64,000 nucleotides of DNA, from the NCBI RefSeq assembly GCF_006345805.1, contig NC_042997.1, forward strand, positions 93,992,001 to 94,056,000, written 5' to 3'. Position numbers and translations under genes: made by a program. The notes beneath the pieces are model-generated. The model had not been told where the DNA came from. It worked only from the letters and a program-made list of their open reading frames with translations, and did no database searches. This stretch comes from Octopus sinensis (lineage: Eukaryota). Of the stretch, positions 1 through 12,418 are shown one piece after another (positions within the stretch are counted from its first letter, which is position 1; the number at the start of each line of letters is the position of its first letter).

Positions 1-463
1 AGTGGAATAAAGAAGTAAGATGTTTATGCAGAATATATTTTAAATGGTTGCGGGGTTGAAAAGTTAGCTTCGCAACCATAGGCTCGATCACACACTGCGC
101 CGTACAGACGGGAAATATTTTTTTAACTTAACTTCCAGCTGATAAATATATTGTGTGGAATTTAACAAAGAGAAACTGTGTAAGAACTACACACTCACAC
201 ACACGCGCGCGCGTACGCTCATACACACACGCATACACACACGCAGACACACAAGCATACACATACATTGTCGACGTTACAAGTAGTTTTATAAACTTCG
301 CGGAATATGAAATAATTCTTATTTTTGGAATGATGGACAACCATCGATTTTCCTATCCGAAAGGCTTTTTTAAACCAATATCTGTCCTCTATTTTTTGCT
401 TCAAGATCCACCCTTTCCCCAAAATACACACACACACACACACATTTATATACATACATGTAC

Positions 464-465
<2 letters not shown>

Positions 466-494
<29 letters not shown>

Positions 495-610
495 TGTATG
501 TATGTATGTATGCATGTATGTATGTTTGTGCGTGTGTGTGCGAGTGTGTGTGTACGCGTGCGTATGTATGTGTGTACTTGTGCGCGTGTACGTGTGTGTA
601 TGTGTGGGTA
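466..610. repeat. (TATG)n/(TG)n microsatellite
   Basis: Tandem tetra- and dinucleotide repeats, which explain the YVCM/HTHT-type ORFs. Confidence 0.95.
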
Positions 611-797
611 GAAGTTGGGGGAAAAAGAAGGTATGAGGTGTATGGTGTGCGTAAATGCGCGGAGGAGGATTTTAAAGGAAGGAAGGTATAGATGCATATA
701 TGCATAATGGAAAGAAAGAATGAGTAGGTAAAACATGTGATGTCACTTTACAGAAGAGCTGTTAGAGGAAATAAAGGATTAAGAAATCGTGCATTAA

Positions 798-990
798 GTC
801 CCTTACGGCTGTTTATAGAATAGCTAAGTAAATGATGCATATCTCATTGAGCAAAGATTTCCATATAAAAGCCAACTATACCGTCTTCAGTGAAGAAGAA
901 TTAAAGCATATCCTTAATAAAGGATATTAGCAATTACCAGTTCCATCGTCGAAGTTCTTTGACGCTGGAACTGGTAACTACTAATATCAT
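798..990 (-). repeat. Dispersed repeat carrying a decayed hammerhead-like motif, probably a Penelope-type terminal repeat
   Basis: The minus strand reads CTGAAGA-CGGTATAG...TATTCTA-TAAAC-AGCC-GTA-AGGG. By eye it aligns with 24612-24865 (+), which reads CCGATGA-CAGTGTAG...TATTCTA-GAAAC-AGCT-GTA-AGAG. Confidence 0.55.
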
Positions 991-1713
991 CCATCAAAGG
1001 TGTAAAATGTGTTTCTTCTGGTGATTATTTTGAAAAATTCTTTTGTTAGATCATAATGTCATTTCGCTTTATACAAGAATGAACCCCCAAAGCAGTGTGG
1101 CATTTTCAGCAATTTCCTGAGAAATTCTGACAGACAAAACACAAGATTAATCAAAATACAAAGCTCAAGAACAAAGAAATAAACACTCTCAAAAATTCCC
1201 ATGTGAAGTTAACAATTCTATTTTCATGGTCAATTATTAAGAAGAAATAGAAAAACATGAAGAATGAAATTAAGCGTTTAGAGATGAGAATGTGATAAAG
1301 CGATAAAGAATGGCAATTTCTGCGCTTATCAGCAATCTATTTGGAAGGGATCTAAAATACACACGTATGGCTATTTATATATGCACGCATATATACATAT
1401 ATACTTTTGACTTACATTCTTACTATGGGTGTATCATGGGTGTAACAATGTGTGGAAACAATTGTAGTGGTAAGAATGTAGTTCAATCCATTCTCTCTTA
1501 TTCATCTCTCTTTATAAACTCTATGAATACTATGGAATATCCAGTAAAAGAAGCATTTCCACCGAAGTTAATAACATTAGGTAACCAATAACTGTGGACA
1601 AGCTTCGTTTAGCATACAAGTTTTTACCCAAATTATATTTAACCTCACACACGCACATGCACACACGCACATTATATATATGTGTGTGTATGCGTGTATG
1701 CATATATATATGT

Positions 1714-1754
<41 letters not shown>

Positions 1755-1820
1755 TATATATATATATATATACATACACACATGGACATAGACATATATA
1801 TAGATAGATATGTAGGTGTG

Positions 1821-1857
<37 letters not shown>

Positions 1858-1885
1858 TTACACACAGACACACACACATAGATAT

Positions 1886-2245
1886 GTGAAGGATCATGAC
1901 TCAGTGGTTAGAGCGTCGGGCCGTTAATCATGAAGTAGTGAATTCGATTACTAGACCAGGCTTTATGTTGAATTCTTGAGCAAGACACTTTATTTCACGT
2001 TGTTCCAATTCACTCAGCTGTAGAAATAAGTAGCGACGTCTCTGGTGCGAAGCTGTACCGGCCTTTGACTTTCCCTTGGATAACAACCGTGGTTTGCAGC
2101 GGGGAGGCTGGCGTGCAGTGGGAAGGCTGGCGTGCATTGGCTACTACTGGTCTTTCATAAACAACTTTGCCCGGAATTGTACCTTGGAGTGGAACTTTCT
2201 AGGTGTAATGCTATGGTCCTTCATGACCGATTGAGGTCTTTTTAC
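1886..2245 (+). mobile_element. tRNA-derived SINE (octopus CORE/OR-type)
   Basis: A-box-like CTCAGTGGTTAGAGC and B-box-like GAATTCGATTAC, followed by TTCTTGAGCAAGACACTTTATTTCAC. Reverse-complement homologues lie at 51921-52205 and 54172-54500. Confidence 0.85.
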
Positions 2246-2286
2246 ACATAGATACCGCCCTCCGCAAAGACACGTACACACACACG

Positions 2287-2344
<58 letters not shown>

Positions 2345-2426
2345 AACGTATATATGGACTGTTATATAGGCCCGCATACTCACACATGTTTATATACATA
2401 TCTGTCTATACATATACGCATACAAG

Positions 2427-2457
<31 letters not shown>

Positions 2458-3056
2458 GTGTGTGCATTTATATTAAACAGTTAAAGAATTAAAAATTAAA
2501 AAAAACTAAGAAATCGGAAAGTCAGATAAGGTTGTTGGAGGTTACCTAAGGGGTATTCGGTATACGTACTGTGTAGTGATTTAAGTTGCATTTAGATTTG
2601 TGGTGAAATTTAAAGGTATGAAAAAAAAACCGGTGGTTGCGTGTACCTAGGGCCGCATTATACTTATTTAGCTGTAGCGAAGAGTTATATTTTAATATAT
2701 GGCATAACTTGTAAGCAGAGCGTTGACCTCGATATGGAAATCCTGAATCTATTATGGGCCATAGTAAGTTATATGGAATATTTCTCGTTTTAAGATAAAG
2801 TATGTGACTGGTGTGGGTTGTGGATTTACTGTTTCACATATCTAAAAGAATTGAGATATGCAGCGTATCTCTGTTTAAAAAATTATAGTTGATCCTATAT
2901 ATATGGTTGTAGAGTTGTGTAGCGTGTTGAGGATGGTACAGTTGTAAATTACGTTATGCCTTCTGCAATGGGTTTGTAGTGAGCAAATGGTCCCACAGCG
3001 GCAGTTACATGGTAGAGCATCGTGGGGATTATTCCCAGGAATGGAGGCAGTAATAC

Positions 3057-3278
3057 CTATTTCTTTACTACCCACAAGGGGCTAAACACAGAGAGAACAA
3101 ACAAGGACAGACGAAAGGATTAAGTCGATTATATTGTAACTGGTACTTATTTAATCGATCCCGAAAGGATGAAAGGTAAAGTCGACTTCGGCGGAATTTG
3201 AACTCAGAACGTAGTGGCAGACGAAATACCGCCAAGCATCTCGTCCGGCGTGCTAACGATTCTGCCAGCTCGCCGCCT
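3057..3278 (-). mobile_element. tRNA-derived SINE (octopus OK-like family) with 14-bp TSD
   Basis: Family core GTCGACTTTGCCTTTCATCCTTTCGGGGTCGAT on the minus strand. TSD GGA(G/T)GCAGTAATAC at 3043-3056 and 3279-3292. Confidence 0.9.
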
Positions 3279-3334
3279 GGATGCAGTAATACCACCTAGG
3301 GAGAGATTAGATATGATTGCAGATTGGTCTATGT

Positions 3335-3359
3335 TATCATCATCATCGTCATCGTTATC

Positions 3360-3401
<42 letters not shown>
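3335..3401. repeat. (ATC)n/(TTA)n microsatellite
   Basis: Tandem trinucleotide repeats. Confidence 0.95.
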
Positions 3402-6400
3402 TCTATCATTGTTAATATTTATCCTATCTGTATTTGTGGTGGAGGTCAGGGTATTAGTATTCTTGTTAGTGCTAGTAGGATTGGTAAAGTATTGGGTTCG
3501 ATGTTGGGGCTATGCATGTATGGGTATTCAGAGTTGTTTCGGTGTATATTCGGATAATAGGGAGAAAGTTTTCGTCTATTAGAGACTGTTAAGATAGACT
3601 CAAAGTTGGGCGGGGAAGAGTAGGATAACTTTAAAGTAGATCTATCAAAGATAGAGTAATACTTATGTTGACGGGTGAAGTCAGAGCTTAATATATTAAA
3701 AAAAGGAGTTGGCTAAGTTGTTAACATTTGATGAGAAGGGAGGTGTATGCCATAGAATAGAGCGTCCACCACGTTTTTTGGTTGCTTAGGAGTAGTATAA
3801 TCTATATTTTTAGAAATTAGTGGGTGGTTATAGGGCCCGTTATTGCTAGCTGTTTTAGCTTTTGACCTAGTGTTATATATGTGCGTGTGGGGTTTAAGCT
3901 GTCTTAATCTATATTCTCCCGGAATTCTAGTATAGTACACGTATGGTCTGTTATGATTATAATGTTTTTTTTGTGTTTATTTCTAATGTACGACAATACT
4001 TCTCTGCATTAGCTGTTTTGTTTGAGTGTAGTACAAGTGTGTGGGTGTAGCGGAAGTGAAGGGAGTGTATTAAAAGGCTTCCTGAGATTTGTCTGTGTAC
4101 TAGTGAATGAATCTTAATTATTATCTTACTACTGCAATACGTATTAAACGCTTCCATTCATGAAGAAATTGTAGGTTTTGTGTGATGTGTGAAGGCGATA
4201 TAATCTGCATTGTATCTGATTAGAAGTTAAAGCAAGAAAGTAATTCATCTTAAGAAATAATGCGTAATCAAACGTAGATAACTACCTGTATTGTTATGTA
4301 AATAGATACTCATCTCACTATATATTAGTCCTGTTAGTAAATCTATCTATCTATCTCCCTCCCCCCCTCTCTCCCTACCTACCTACCCGCCTGCCTGCCT
4401 GCCTGCCTACCCTCTGCCTACTTATAAGATGATTACATATGTAACCTGGTGATTAAAAATAACAAAACCAACGACAGGCATAAATATATAACATACAGAC
4501 ACTTACGAATTATTCTATAGCATACAATGTCGCCATCGAAATGTCAGACAGAGTAAAACAGCCTTCGATATCACTTTCCTCTCGTTTGTTAAAATCTTCT
4601 CCACCTTTTCATCACACCTTAAATCCTCTTTTTATCTTACATCTCACAGATTACACACTTCCCATGCCATTTGTTTTTGCTTTCGGTCTCTTCGAGAGCC
4701 AACCATTCGCGTTTTCTATATAAACGTTAGACTTCTCTTTATCTTTGGCATATCACAAGATTCTTACTATTTATGGCAATATTAGAATCTGTGGAACATT
4801 CAGTATGATGACTTGGATTGGGACACTAATTTATTGACATGGCGGGACACTAATTTATTGACAAAGGTTTCATTAGCTTGTAGGGCATATATACAATCTC
4901 TTCTGCATTTGGGGTTGAGTAGTGATTGACAGCCAGTAGACTGATTTGCTCTAGATGTAATTGAGCCATACAGAAATTATTGTAGTTTTGCAGTTTTTCC
5001 CAAATACTAACTGAAATTAGAGACCGCATTTTTTCATATAAAATTTTTAAAAAATTATTTCCTATTCAGACACACATTAAATAATCTCTGAATAACATAG
5101 TTGGATGGTGATCTTTACTAATAAATTTTCTGTAGCTAACATTGTTCTTTTATGCATATCTGGTAAAAAACAAACATCCCATTATGTTGCGTGACATATA
5201 ATTAATCTTATGATTACTGATATCATCTACTTCATCAATAAATAAAAAGTTTGATATGTTGATTCTAACCAAAGCATCAGCAATTTTCATTTAACCCTTC
5301 TAAAATTGGAGGTATTGTTTTAATTTTTCCCATCGTTTACAACTCTCACTTGTAATGGTTGTTTCTGGTCGATAAAATAATAAATCATACCCTGCTAGAG
5401 CGCCTATTGTTTCTTATCAGTGATTTAATAATCAGTCGATATTAATTTCCTGAAGAATAAAGGTTAGGTCCTGACCAAAGCCTGTATACTTAGTACTACC
5501 GTAAACACTAAAAACTATGTTTCTCTCCGAAGAAGGGTTATGTTTGAAATATCATTACTCTCGTACCCATATGGTAGACGAACGAACTTAATCCAAATTT
5601 GTTGATTTTATTAAATGATATTTGTAGACGCGTATCACCAATTTTTTTCCCGCAGATTCTGTTTATATTTCCTAACCAGACAGGTTCACGACCCGTCATC
5701 GATTTCTGTTCGCAGCTAATAAAATATATTTACAAAATTTTCTTAAGAAGCGCATGAACGTCGCATAATCTCATTACCTCAATTCAAACATAAATTTGTG
5801 GCCATATGACTTGGATAACAATGTTTAATTACTGCGTAGCTGGGAGACTGAGCTTATAATCAGTTTCAATTCTTGACTGAAGATATCTAATTATATTTAT
5901 GCTGTAAATATGTTGGTAAATGTTACAAAAATTATTTCAACACTAGTGTACAAAAACCTGAGCAAAGGGCTCATCTCTCGTGATAAGAAAACAATAATAA
6001 TTATCTTTTTGACAAACTAGAACAGGGTATATCAGGGGTATACATTGTCTATTGTGTGTTTTTATATTCAAGATTGTGAGGTGTGATTTAATAGAAATTT
6101 GGTTGCTATTTCTACAGAGTCGAGCATGTGCTGAGAGGCTCATTGTTTTAGCCCGTGAGATTACATGCACTTTAATATGATGTATTTCAAAAGAGTCCAA
6201 TGTTGGGCAGGAAAGAGGTTCTCGGAGAACTTAAATACGACATAATTTGCTCACCATATTGTTAATGTCAGTTCTCTTCTCTTGCACTGTTAATTTTTTA
6301 TAAAATTCTTGAATGTCCCATCGCTGAATTTTTTCTCCCTCAATATAGGTCCTTTGCACGGGTGTGTGTGCGTGCTGAAAAGCTCCTGCTTTTGGGTAAA

Positions 6401-6492
6401 AGATAATACAGGAGAATCAGTTAGTTATGATTTCATTGAACATATTCCCCTCTCAGGTTCACACACTTATTGCAGCGGTCCTTCAGGTTTTC

Positions 6493-6578
6493 TAAGCTTT
6501 GTAAAAGAACTCGGAAGGTTGGACCTTCAACCAGGCCTTTCACGACAGCCTTAAAGCCAGGAACTTTTCAGCAGCCCC
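6493..6578 (-). mobile_element. Short mariner-like terminal fragment
   Basis: Reverse complement of 31990-32070. The shared end CTGAAAAGTTCCTGG resembles mariner-type TIRs. Confidence 0.5.
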
Positions 6579-7619
6579 TGGTACTTTGCCATTATTGAAA
6601 TATTGTGAAAGAAGAATAAAATATATTCTTATAGAATAAAATATACAGAGCGTTGATAAATTCAAATCGATTTTAGATCCATGTTCATATATAAAAGAAA
6701 ATTAAAATTGAACTGTGTAGATGAATGAGAAGTTCAACTGATTTACTTCCCAGTTCGAATCAAATAAAAGTAATTTTGGCTTTTTTTGACAAAATAAGCG
6801 ATCTGCTATGTTTTTGTTAAATTTGCTTGATAAAAACTTCTTAATGTTGCTCAATAACAGCAAAAGTTTAGGAAATGAAATTGCCGTTTTATGAAGAGAC
6901 ATGACAATTTATAAACATTACTTTTTCAGGAATAGGAGTTTGGATAAAGTCGTTAAAATTCGGAATAATAATAGCTAATTGGAATAAATATTTTAAAGAC
7001 AAAATCTTGTAAATCTTATAGAGTAGCAACTACCGTTAGACTACCATTCTAAAGGTTCGTTGTTCGTACACCAGTGTTGCCATACATATACGACAAAAAT
7101 ATTTAATTTTCAACGATTGCCTTACCTCTAAATAGATGTCACTCTTATTTTTGCTACCTGTTTTACTTAACTAAGGTAACGGTAGTACTGATAAGCATTT
7201 CATCATAATTATTTGTATATGTTGTATTATTTGATAACTTACTGATAGGTCTATCAAGCTGACTTGCTTACGATATGAAACACATTTGAAATTTATGTAA
7301 TTTGAACAATAATACGACAAACTAGCGTTATAACAGTCATCACTATTAGATTTAGTATTAACGATTCGGTGAGATGACAGAGTGTCAGCAAAAATGCTTT
7401 GCGATATTTTTTTCGGATTTTAGTTTCTGAGCTCTAAACTCGCAGTAGCCAGTCAGATTTACTCTTGATCATTTTGGAATCAATAAGACAGCGTACCAGT
7501 GAAGTACTGTAGTCGATGGTAACAACTATACCCTCCCACTGTAATTTTGCCTAAGGTAGAAAAAAAAAAGGATTCCGAAGAATATAGATACGACATGCAA
7601 ATATATCTTATACAATTTC

Positions 7620-7750
7620 TGTGGAGGGGCTAAGTCGATTAGGTCGACCCCAGTGCTCAACTTTGTACTTATTTTATCTGCCCCGATAGGATGAAAGGCA
7701 AAATCGATTCCGGCATTTGAACTCAGTACGTAAAGACGTGAAGAACGCTA
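7620..7750 (-). mobile_element. Degenerate OK-like SINE fragment
   Basis: GGATGAAAGGCAAAATCGA...TTTGAACTCAG matches the family consensus seen elsewhere in the window. Confidence 0.75.
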
Positions 7751-8841
7751 GATCCTAATATTAAATACTGATATTTCACCCAGATTCACCAAAAGAACCA
7801 CCCTTGCGTAGGTGTACCAAAGATGGCTCACGAAAGTTATTTCGAGCTGTGCGTATATTCCATATAATTATATGCATTAAGGGGCATCATGATACATCTA
7901 TACCACATTTTGAATTACTCAGGGAATATAGCCCTAAAAGTAAAATACTGGAGTTTATCCCAGCAAAAAGAAATCAACTTAAAACAATATTGCTATGTCT
8001 TATGTGCGGCACAGTAAAAAAAAAATCATTATGATCATTTTTTCGTTTTTGAGTAATTTCAGTTGATCGATTAGTATTAGTTACGCACATATTCATTAAG
8101 AAAATATCATTTAATGAGTTTAAAACATGATAAAATAATCCCTTCACGGAAAAAAAAAACATCCTGTAAAAAACCCAGAAATTGCGATAATGTCTTTAAT
8201 TGGTTATCATATTTTGCAAATTGGTATCATGTTTCGATTTCTATTCCTAGTTGGAGATTATACTGTTCCTTTGCATTCAATTTTGATATGGAAAAATATG
8301 AATCTTAAAATAATCTTCACAATTAATTGTGTGTCTTGTAAAAAAAGATTCAATGCTGATGTCCACAATTTTACAATGTTCCTATCTTTTCTTTTTCCCT
8401 TGCATTAAGTCGTTAAATTATGTCATAAAGTAATGAATGTTGAAAAATACATAGATGATATGCACGTTGTCGAGGACCAGTTGGAATATCAACTGAAGAA
8501 TTGTGTGATTGTATCTTGTTAGCATTATCAATCTTCATTCTGTGCTCAAACCAAAGCAGTAGATAAATTCTAGCATATCTGTTGAGAAAGAACTGTAATA
8601 CTGTGTTGGACACTGTAATTCTATGGAAATTTGGCGCCATAGCTGCATTAGTATAGTTATTCTAATTTTCTTATGGTTGTTGTTTGATCAAGACCATTCC
8701 AACTATGCTTGATACTGCCCTCATTTTCCCACACTGAACTATATTATCCAGTGTGTCTTATCTTTTGTAAGATGGTATGGTGTGATTTGAGAGAGATTTG
8801 ATTGCTATTTCCAGCGGCGACGTAGAAGATTGCTTGTTATA

Positions 8842-9073
8842 TATTTCTTTACTACCCACAAGGGGCTAAACATAGAGGGGACAAACAAGGACAGACAAAG
8901 GGATTAAGTCAATTACATCGACCCAGTGCGAAACTGGTACTTTATTTATCGACCCCGAAAGGATGAAAGGCAAAGTCTACCTCGGCGGAATTTGAACTCA
9001 GAACGTAACGACAGACGAAATACCGCTAAGCATTTCGCCCGGCGCGCTAACGTTTCTGCCAGCTCGCCGCCTT
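8842..9073 (-). mobile_element. Full-length OK-like SINE with perfect 17-bp TSD
   Basis: TSD GAAGATTGCTTGTTATA at 8825-8841 and 9074-9090. Confidence 0.92.
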
Positions 9074-9644
9074 GAAGATTGCTTGTTATAGTTGTCGCTT
9101 CATTACTGTCATGGTTGTGCTGAAGGATGTTGAATTCTGTCTACTTTAATTATCTGTTGATACCCCTGTTTGACCACGTGTTAGCTCCTGTCGAACATAG
9201 ATAGGCAAAAGCAGGACAACCCCTCCTAACTTTCCATTTATGAGAGTATGTTTTCCAACTAATTTTCGTCAAGACAACAAGGTTATGATTTGGAGTGCTT
9301 TGCCTGTTATTTCTAACCGCATAATTTCACTCCTTGGTAAGTTTACTCATCTGTAATCTAAGCAACTAAAATAATACATACAAATTCAAATATAAAAAAA
9401 AGAGAGGACGAATAGTGGAGTAGCGAAATGGATAGTTGTGGTGGTTTCTAGAGTTGATCTATGACACAACAACCTGGGAATGAATAATAACATATTAGGT
9501 GTATGCAGTTGATACCTGTTTGGGGACAATGTCAAGGGGTAGTTTTGAAACAACAACAATAACATTGTATTTAAATGACTACGAATATATTGCAGAATGT
9601 GTTCAAATAAATAACATGATCAATGTTATTTGTCTCTAAAATAA

Positions 9645-10060
9645 GGCGGCGAGCTGGCAGAAACGTTAGCACGCTGGGCGAAATGATTGGCGGCATTTCG
9701 TCTGTCTTTACGAAAGCGGCGAGCTAGCAGAAGCGTTAGCATGCCGGGCTAAATGCTTAGCGGTATTTCGTCTGCCGCTACGTTCTGAGTTCAAATTCCG
9801 CCGAGGTTGACTTTGCCTTTCATCCTTTCGGGGTCGATTAAACAAATACCAGTTTCGCATTGGGGTCGATGTAATCGACTTAATCCCTTTGTCTGTCCTT
9901 GTTTGTCCTCTCTGTGTTTATTCCGCCGAGGTCGACTTTACCTTCCATCCCTTCGTGGTCGATAAATTAAGTACCTGTTGCATAGTGGGGTCGATCTAAT
10001 CGACTGGCTTCCTCCAAATTTCAGATTTCAGGCCATGTGCCTTGAATAGAAAGGTTATTT
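9645..10060 (+). mobile_element. Nested OK-like SINEs (younger copy ~9715-9920 inside an older copy)
   Basis: Two GCGGCGAGCT heads and two GTCGACTTT cores in series. Confidence 0.85.
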
Positions 10061-10384
10061 GTCTCCAAAACAGCCTATATTTAAATAGCCAAGTTAGCGT
10101 TACCATATTTAATGCAGTATGTATTAAAGAGTTAAAGACAATAATAGAAAAGACAATAGTCTATGTTTTAATATTATTTTAATAATTTCAATAAATACAG
10201 CAATATATTGGAGCTCTGCAGGGAAGCATTGACTTCATTATATGTATTGAATTATTGATGACAGAGTCACTAAGAAGATAACAAGACTGTAACCGCGTTG
10301 GCGTGAAAATTATAATTTTAGGAAATAACTTACGAAGTGAAATAACTCAGTGATACCATCTTCATAAAAACTAATACTTAAAAT

Positions 10385-10810
10385 GGATCTTTTCGGTTTG
10401 AACGGTAGTTTTCTCTAGCGGTGTCATATGAAATTGTCACCCGTAATTATGACCTTAGTATCGATCTATTGCATTTCAATCTGTTTTAGGGTTAGAGTCA
10501 GTTAGGGTTAGTTAGGGTTAGGGTTGGGGGTGGGGGGAAGGGTATCTTTTTTTCTTCACAAATGTAAATAAACCCAATCTGTTTCTTAAACGAGGCATAT
10601 ATTCATACGGCACAGAATGTTTTTTAACTCAATACACGTCATTGATTGGTTGAAATTGCAGAAATTGAAGAAAAAACCCACAAATATCTTACAAACTAAA
10701 GCCAAGAGAAAAAGATGTTTTATAAACACATTCTACCAGTATACGAAGTTTAAAATTTTTTAGTTACCTAGAAATTATGTTAAAAACTGCCGTTCAAACC
10801 GAAAAGATCC
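10385..10810. mobile_element. MITE / non-autonomous DNA transposon with 28-bp TIRs and 8-bp TSD (Merlin-like)
   Basis: TIR GGATCTTTTCGGTTTGAACGG(T/C)AGTTTT matches at 27/28. TSD CTTAAAAT at 10377-10384 and 10811-10818. A GG terminus with an 8-bp TSD fits Merlin, but the superfamily assignment is inferred. Confidence 0.85.
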
Positions 10811-12227
10811 CTTAAAATATCTGTGTTGGATACTATTTTATATATGTTGCGAAGGGTATAATGTTGCATCCACACTCCAAAGTAAAAGAAGTAAAAGAAA
10901 ATTAAAAGATTACATATTGATACCGTTATCCTACATGTAACAGTGGCATTGTGGCATCGCTGAAGACTGTATCTTTGAATTCACTAGTGCAATACTTCTG
11001 ATACACATATTTTGTTCATTCGCCGCAAGCCTCTTTCATAATATTAACTGGGTTTATTTGTGTAAAGCATAAAAAAAAAATAAATCAATGAGAATATGAA
11101 GACGTTGTAAACTTCGAGAAAGCACACAATAGAGATAAAAACCACCCCACAGGATACTTGCTCGTAAATCTAACATCAGTTTATGATAGGATTTTATAAC
11201 AATATATTTACCATTCTTTTGTTATTTTTTTTTTGCCTTCTTACTCGAAAAGTGATTTATTGTTGCAGATGATCTCACTGAAATGTTCAGACGACATAGA
11301 AATCTATTCATTTGGTTGATATTAAAACACTTTACACGAACTATGACTGTATATAGCTACCGTGTCTACTTATAACTTATATATTAATCGATCTTTCATT
11401 CAATCTTTTGAAGATGTAAGTGAGTTAATATAGGGGTACCATTTACTTATATTATTACCTCTTACATCACATTGAAGCTAGCAGGTCTTAGTTAATTAAA
11501 TGCTAGTTCTACCCTTCAGACGATGTAACAAACTGTACACCAATTTCTCTACCATCATTTGCTCAAGGTGATAATCGATGTAAATTTACGTCACTCATGT
11601 TACGCTACTAAAAAGAAACCAATAATATATTTAAAAAAATAATCGTGTTCGATTTTCTGGTTGACTTCACTTTACTTCAGTTACGTTGTTAATGCTTTTG
11701 GGGAAAACGTGAACATCAAATTATCTGAACAGTCTAATTCCCCTAAAATATAGTCCTATTGTACTTCGACTAAAAGAAACCAATATACTAATGCAGGTGT
11801 GATACAGTAGTTGACTGACATACCGGATTTTCTTAATGCAAACAGAGATATCTGTCATTAAGTTAATGCCGCTTTTGGTTTCGATGAAACCAGTTGTGAC
11901 ATTCATGCTTTTCACAAAGGAATTAGCCACATGAGAAAGAATCAAAATCAAGTTGTGAATTTAACTTACAGGAAACATACGTTTGACTCTTCTTCTTCCA
12001 TACTGACTCACAAAGGAACATAAAAGACAAGCAAGCAAGCTTTTCTTTTGACTTGATAGAATTCATCTTCAGTTTAGTAACATCTGCTCAGTCAGATATG
12101 AATGTGCATTCAATTTCCTTTAATTTCATCCCTCCTTTTTCCAAACCTCACTCACCATGTTCTCCACTCAGTTCCCTCTATAAGATTTTCCTAGGTTCAA
12201 TTAGTAAAAAGGTCATATGCGTGCGTG

Positions 12228-12418
12228 TATGTATGTATGTATGTATGTATGTATGTATGTATGTATGTATGTATGTATGTATGTATGTATGTATGTATGT
12301 ATGTATGCATGCATGCATGCATGTATGTATGTATGTATGTATGTATGTATGTATGTATGTATGTATGTATGTATGAGTTGCGTGTGTGTATGTATGTATT
12401 TATGTATGTATGTATGAA
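12228..12418. repeat. (TATG)n microsatellite
   Basis: Tandem tetranucleotide repeat. Confidence 0.95.

Larger units (their letters stand above)
2480..4260 (-). mobile_element. Decayed Penelope-like retroelement (RT C-terminus plus GIY-YIG endonuclease), interrupted by a SINE and a microsatellite
   Basis: Minus-strand fragments FFNILSSDF..HKYYSIFDRSTLKLSYS and CNCRCGTICSLQTHCRRHNVIYNCT...IYIGST, followed by YNLLWPII...CKLC, match Penelope-type RT-tail and GIY-YIG motifs. Many stops and frameshifts. Confidence 0.85.

Noticed and set aside
128-736. ORFs rich in [16 protein letters not shown] repeats, here and throughout (for example 26082-26585 and 56546-57567)
   Set aside because: They are translations of microsatellites in several overlapping frames, with no protein-like complexity.
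1886-1960. tRNA-like sequences (also at other SINE heads)
   Set aside because: They are SINE heads with A and B boxes that continue into SINE bodies, with no complete cloverleaf.
8413-8640. Minus-strand ORF with a good-looking acceptor (TTCTTTCTCAACAG)
   Set aside because: No recognisable domain and no linked exons.
10486-10525. Possible relic telomere or chromosome-fusion site
   Set aside because: There are only four TTAGGG units, and they lie inside a TIR/TSD-bounded MITE.
11960-12180. Possible minus-strand micro-exons (MEEEESN or YGRRRVKRMFP) with GTATGT/GTAAGT/GTGAGT donors
   Set aside because: Too short to distinguish from chance without RNA-seq. The resemblance to the T-box GRRMFP motif is superficial.
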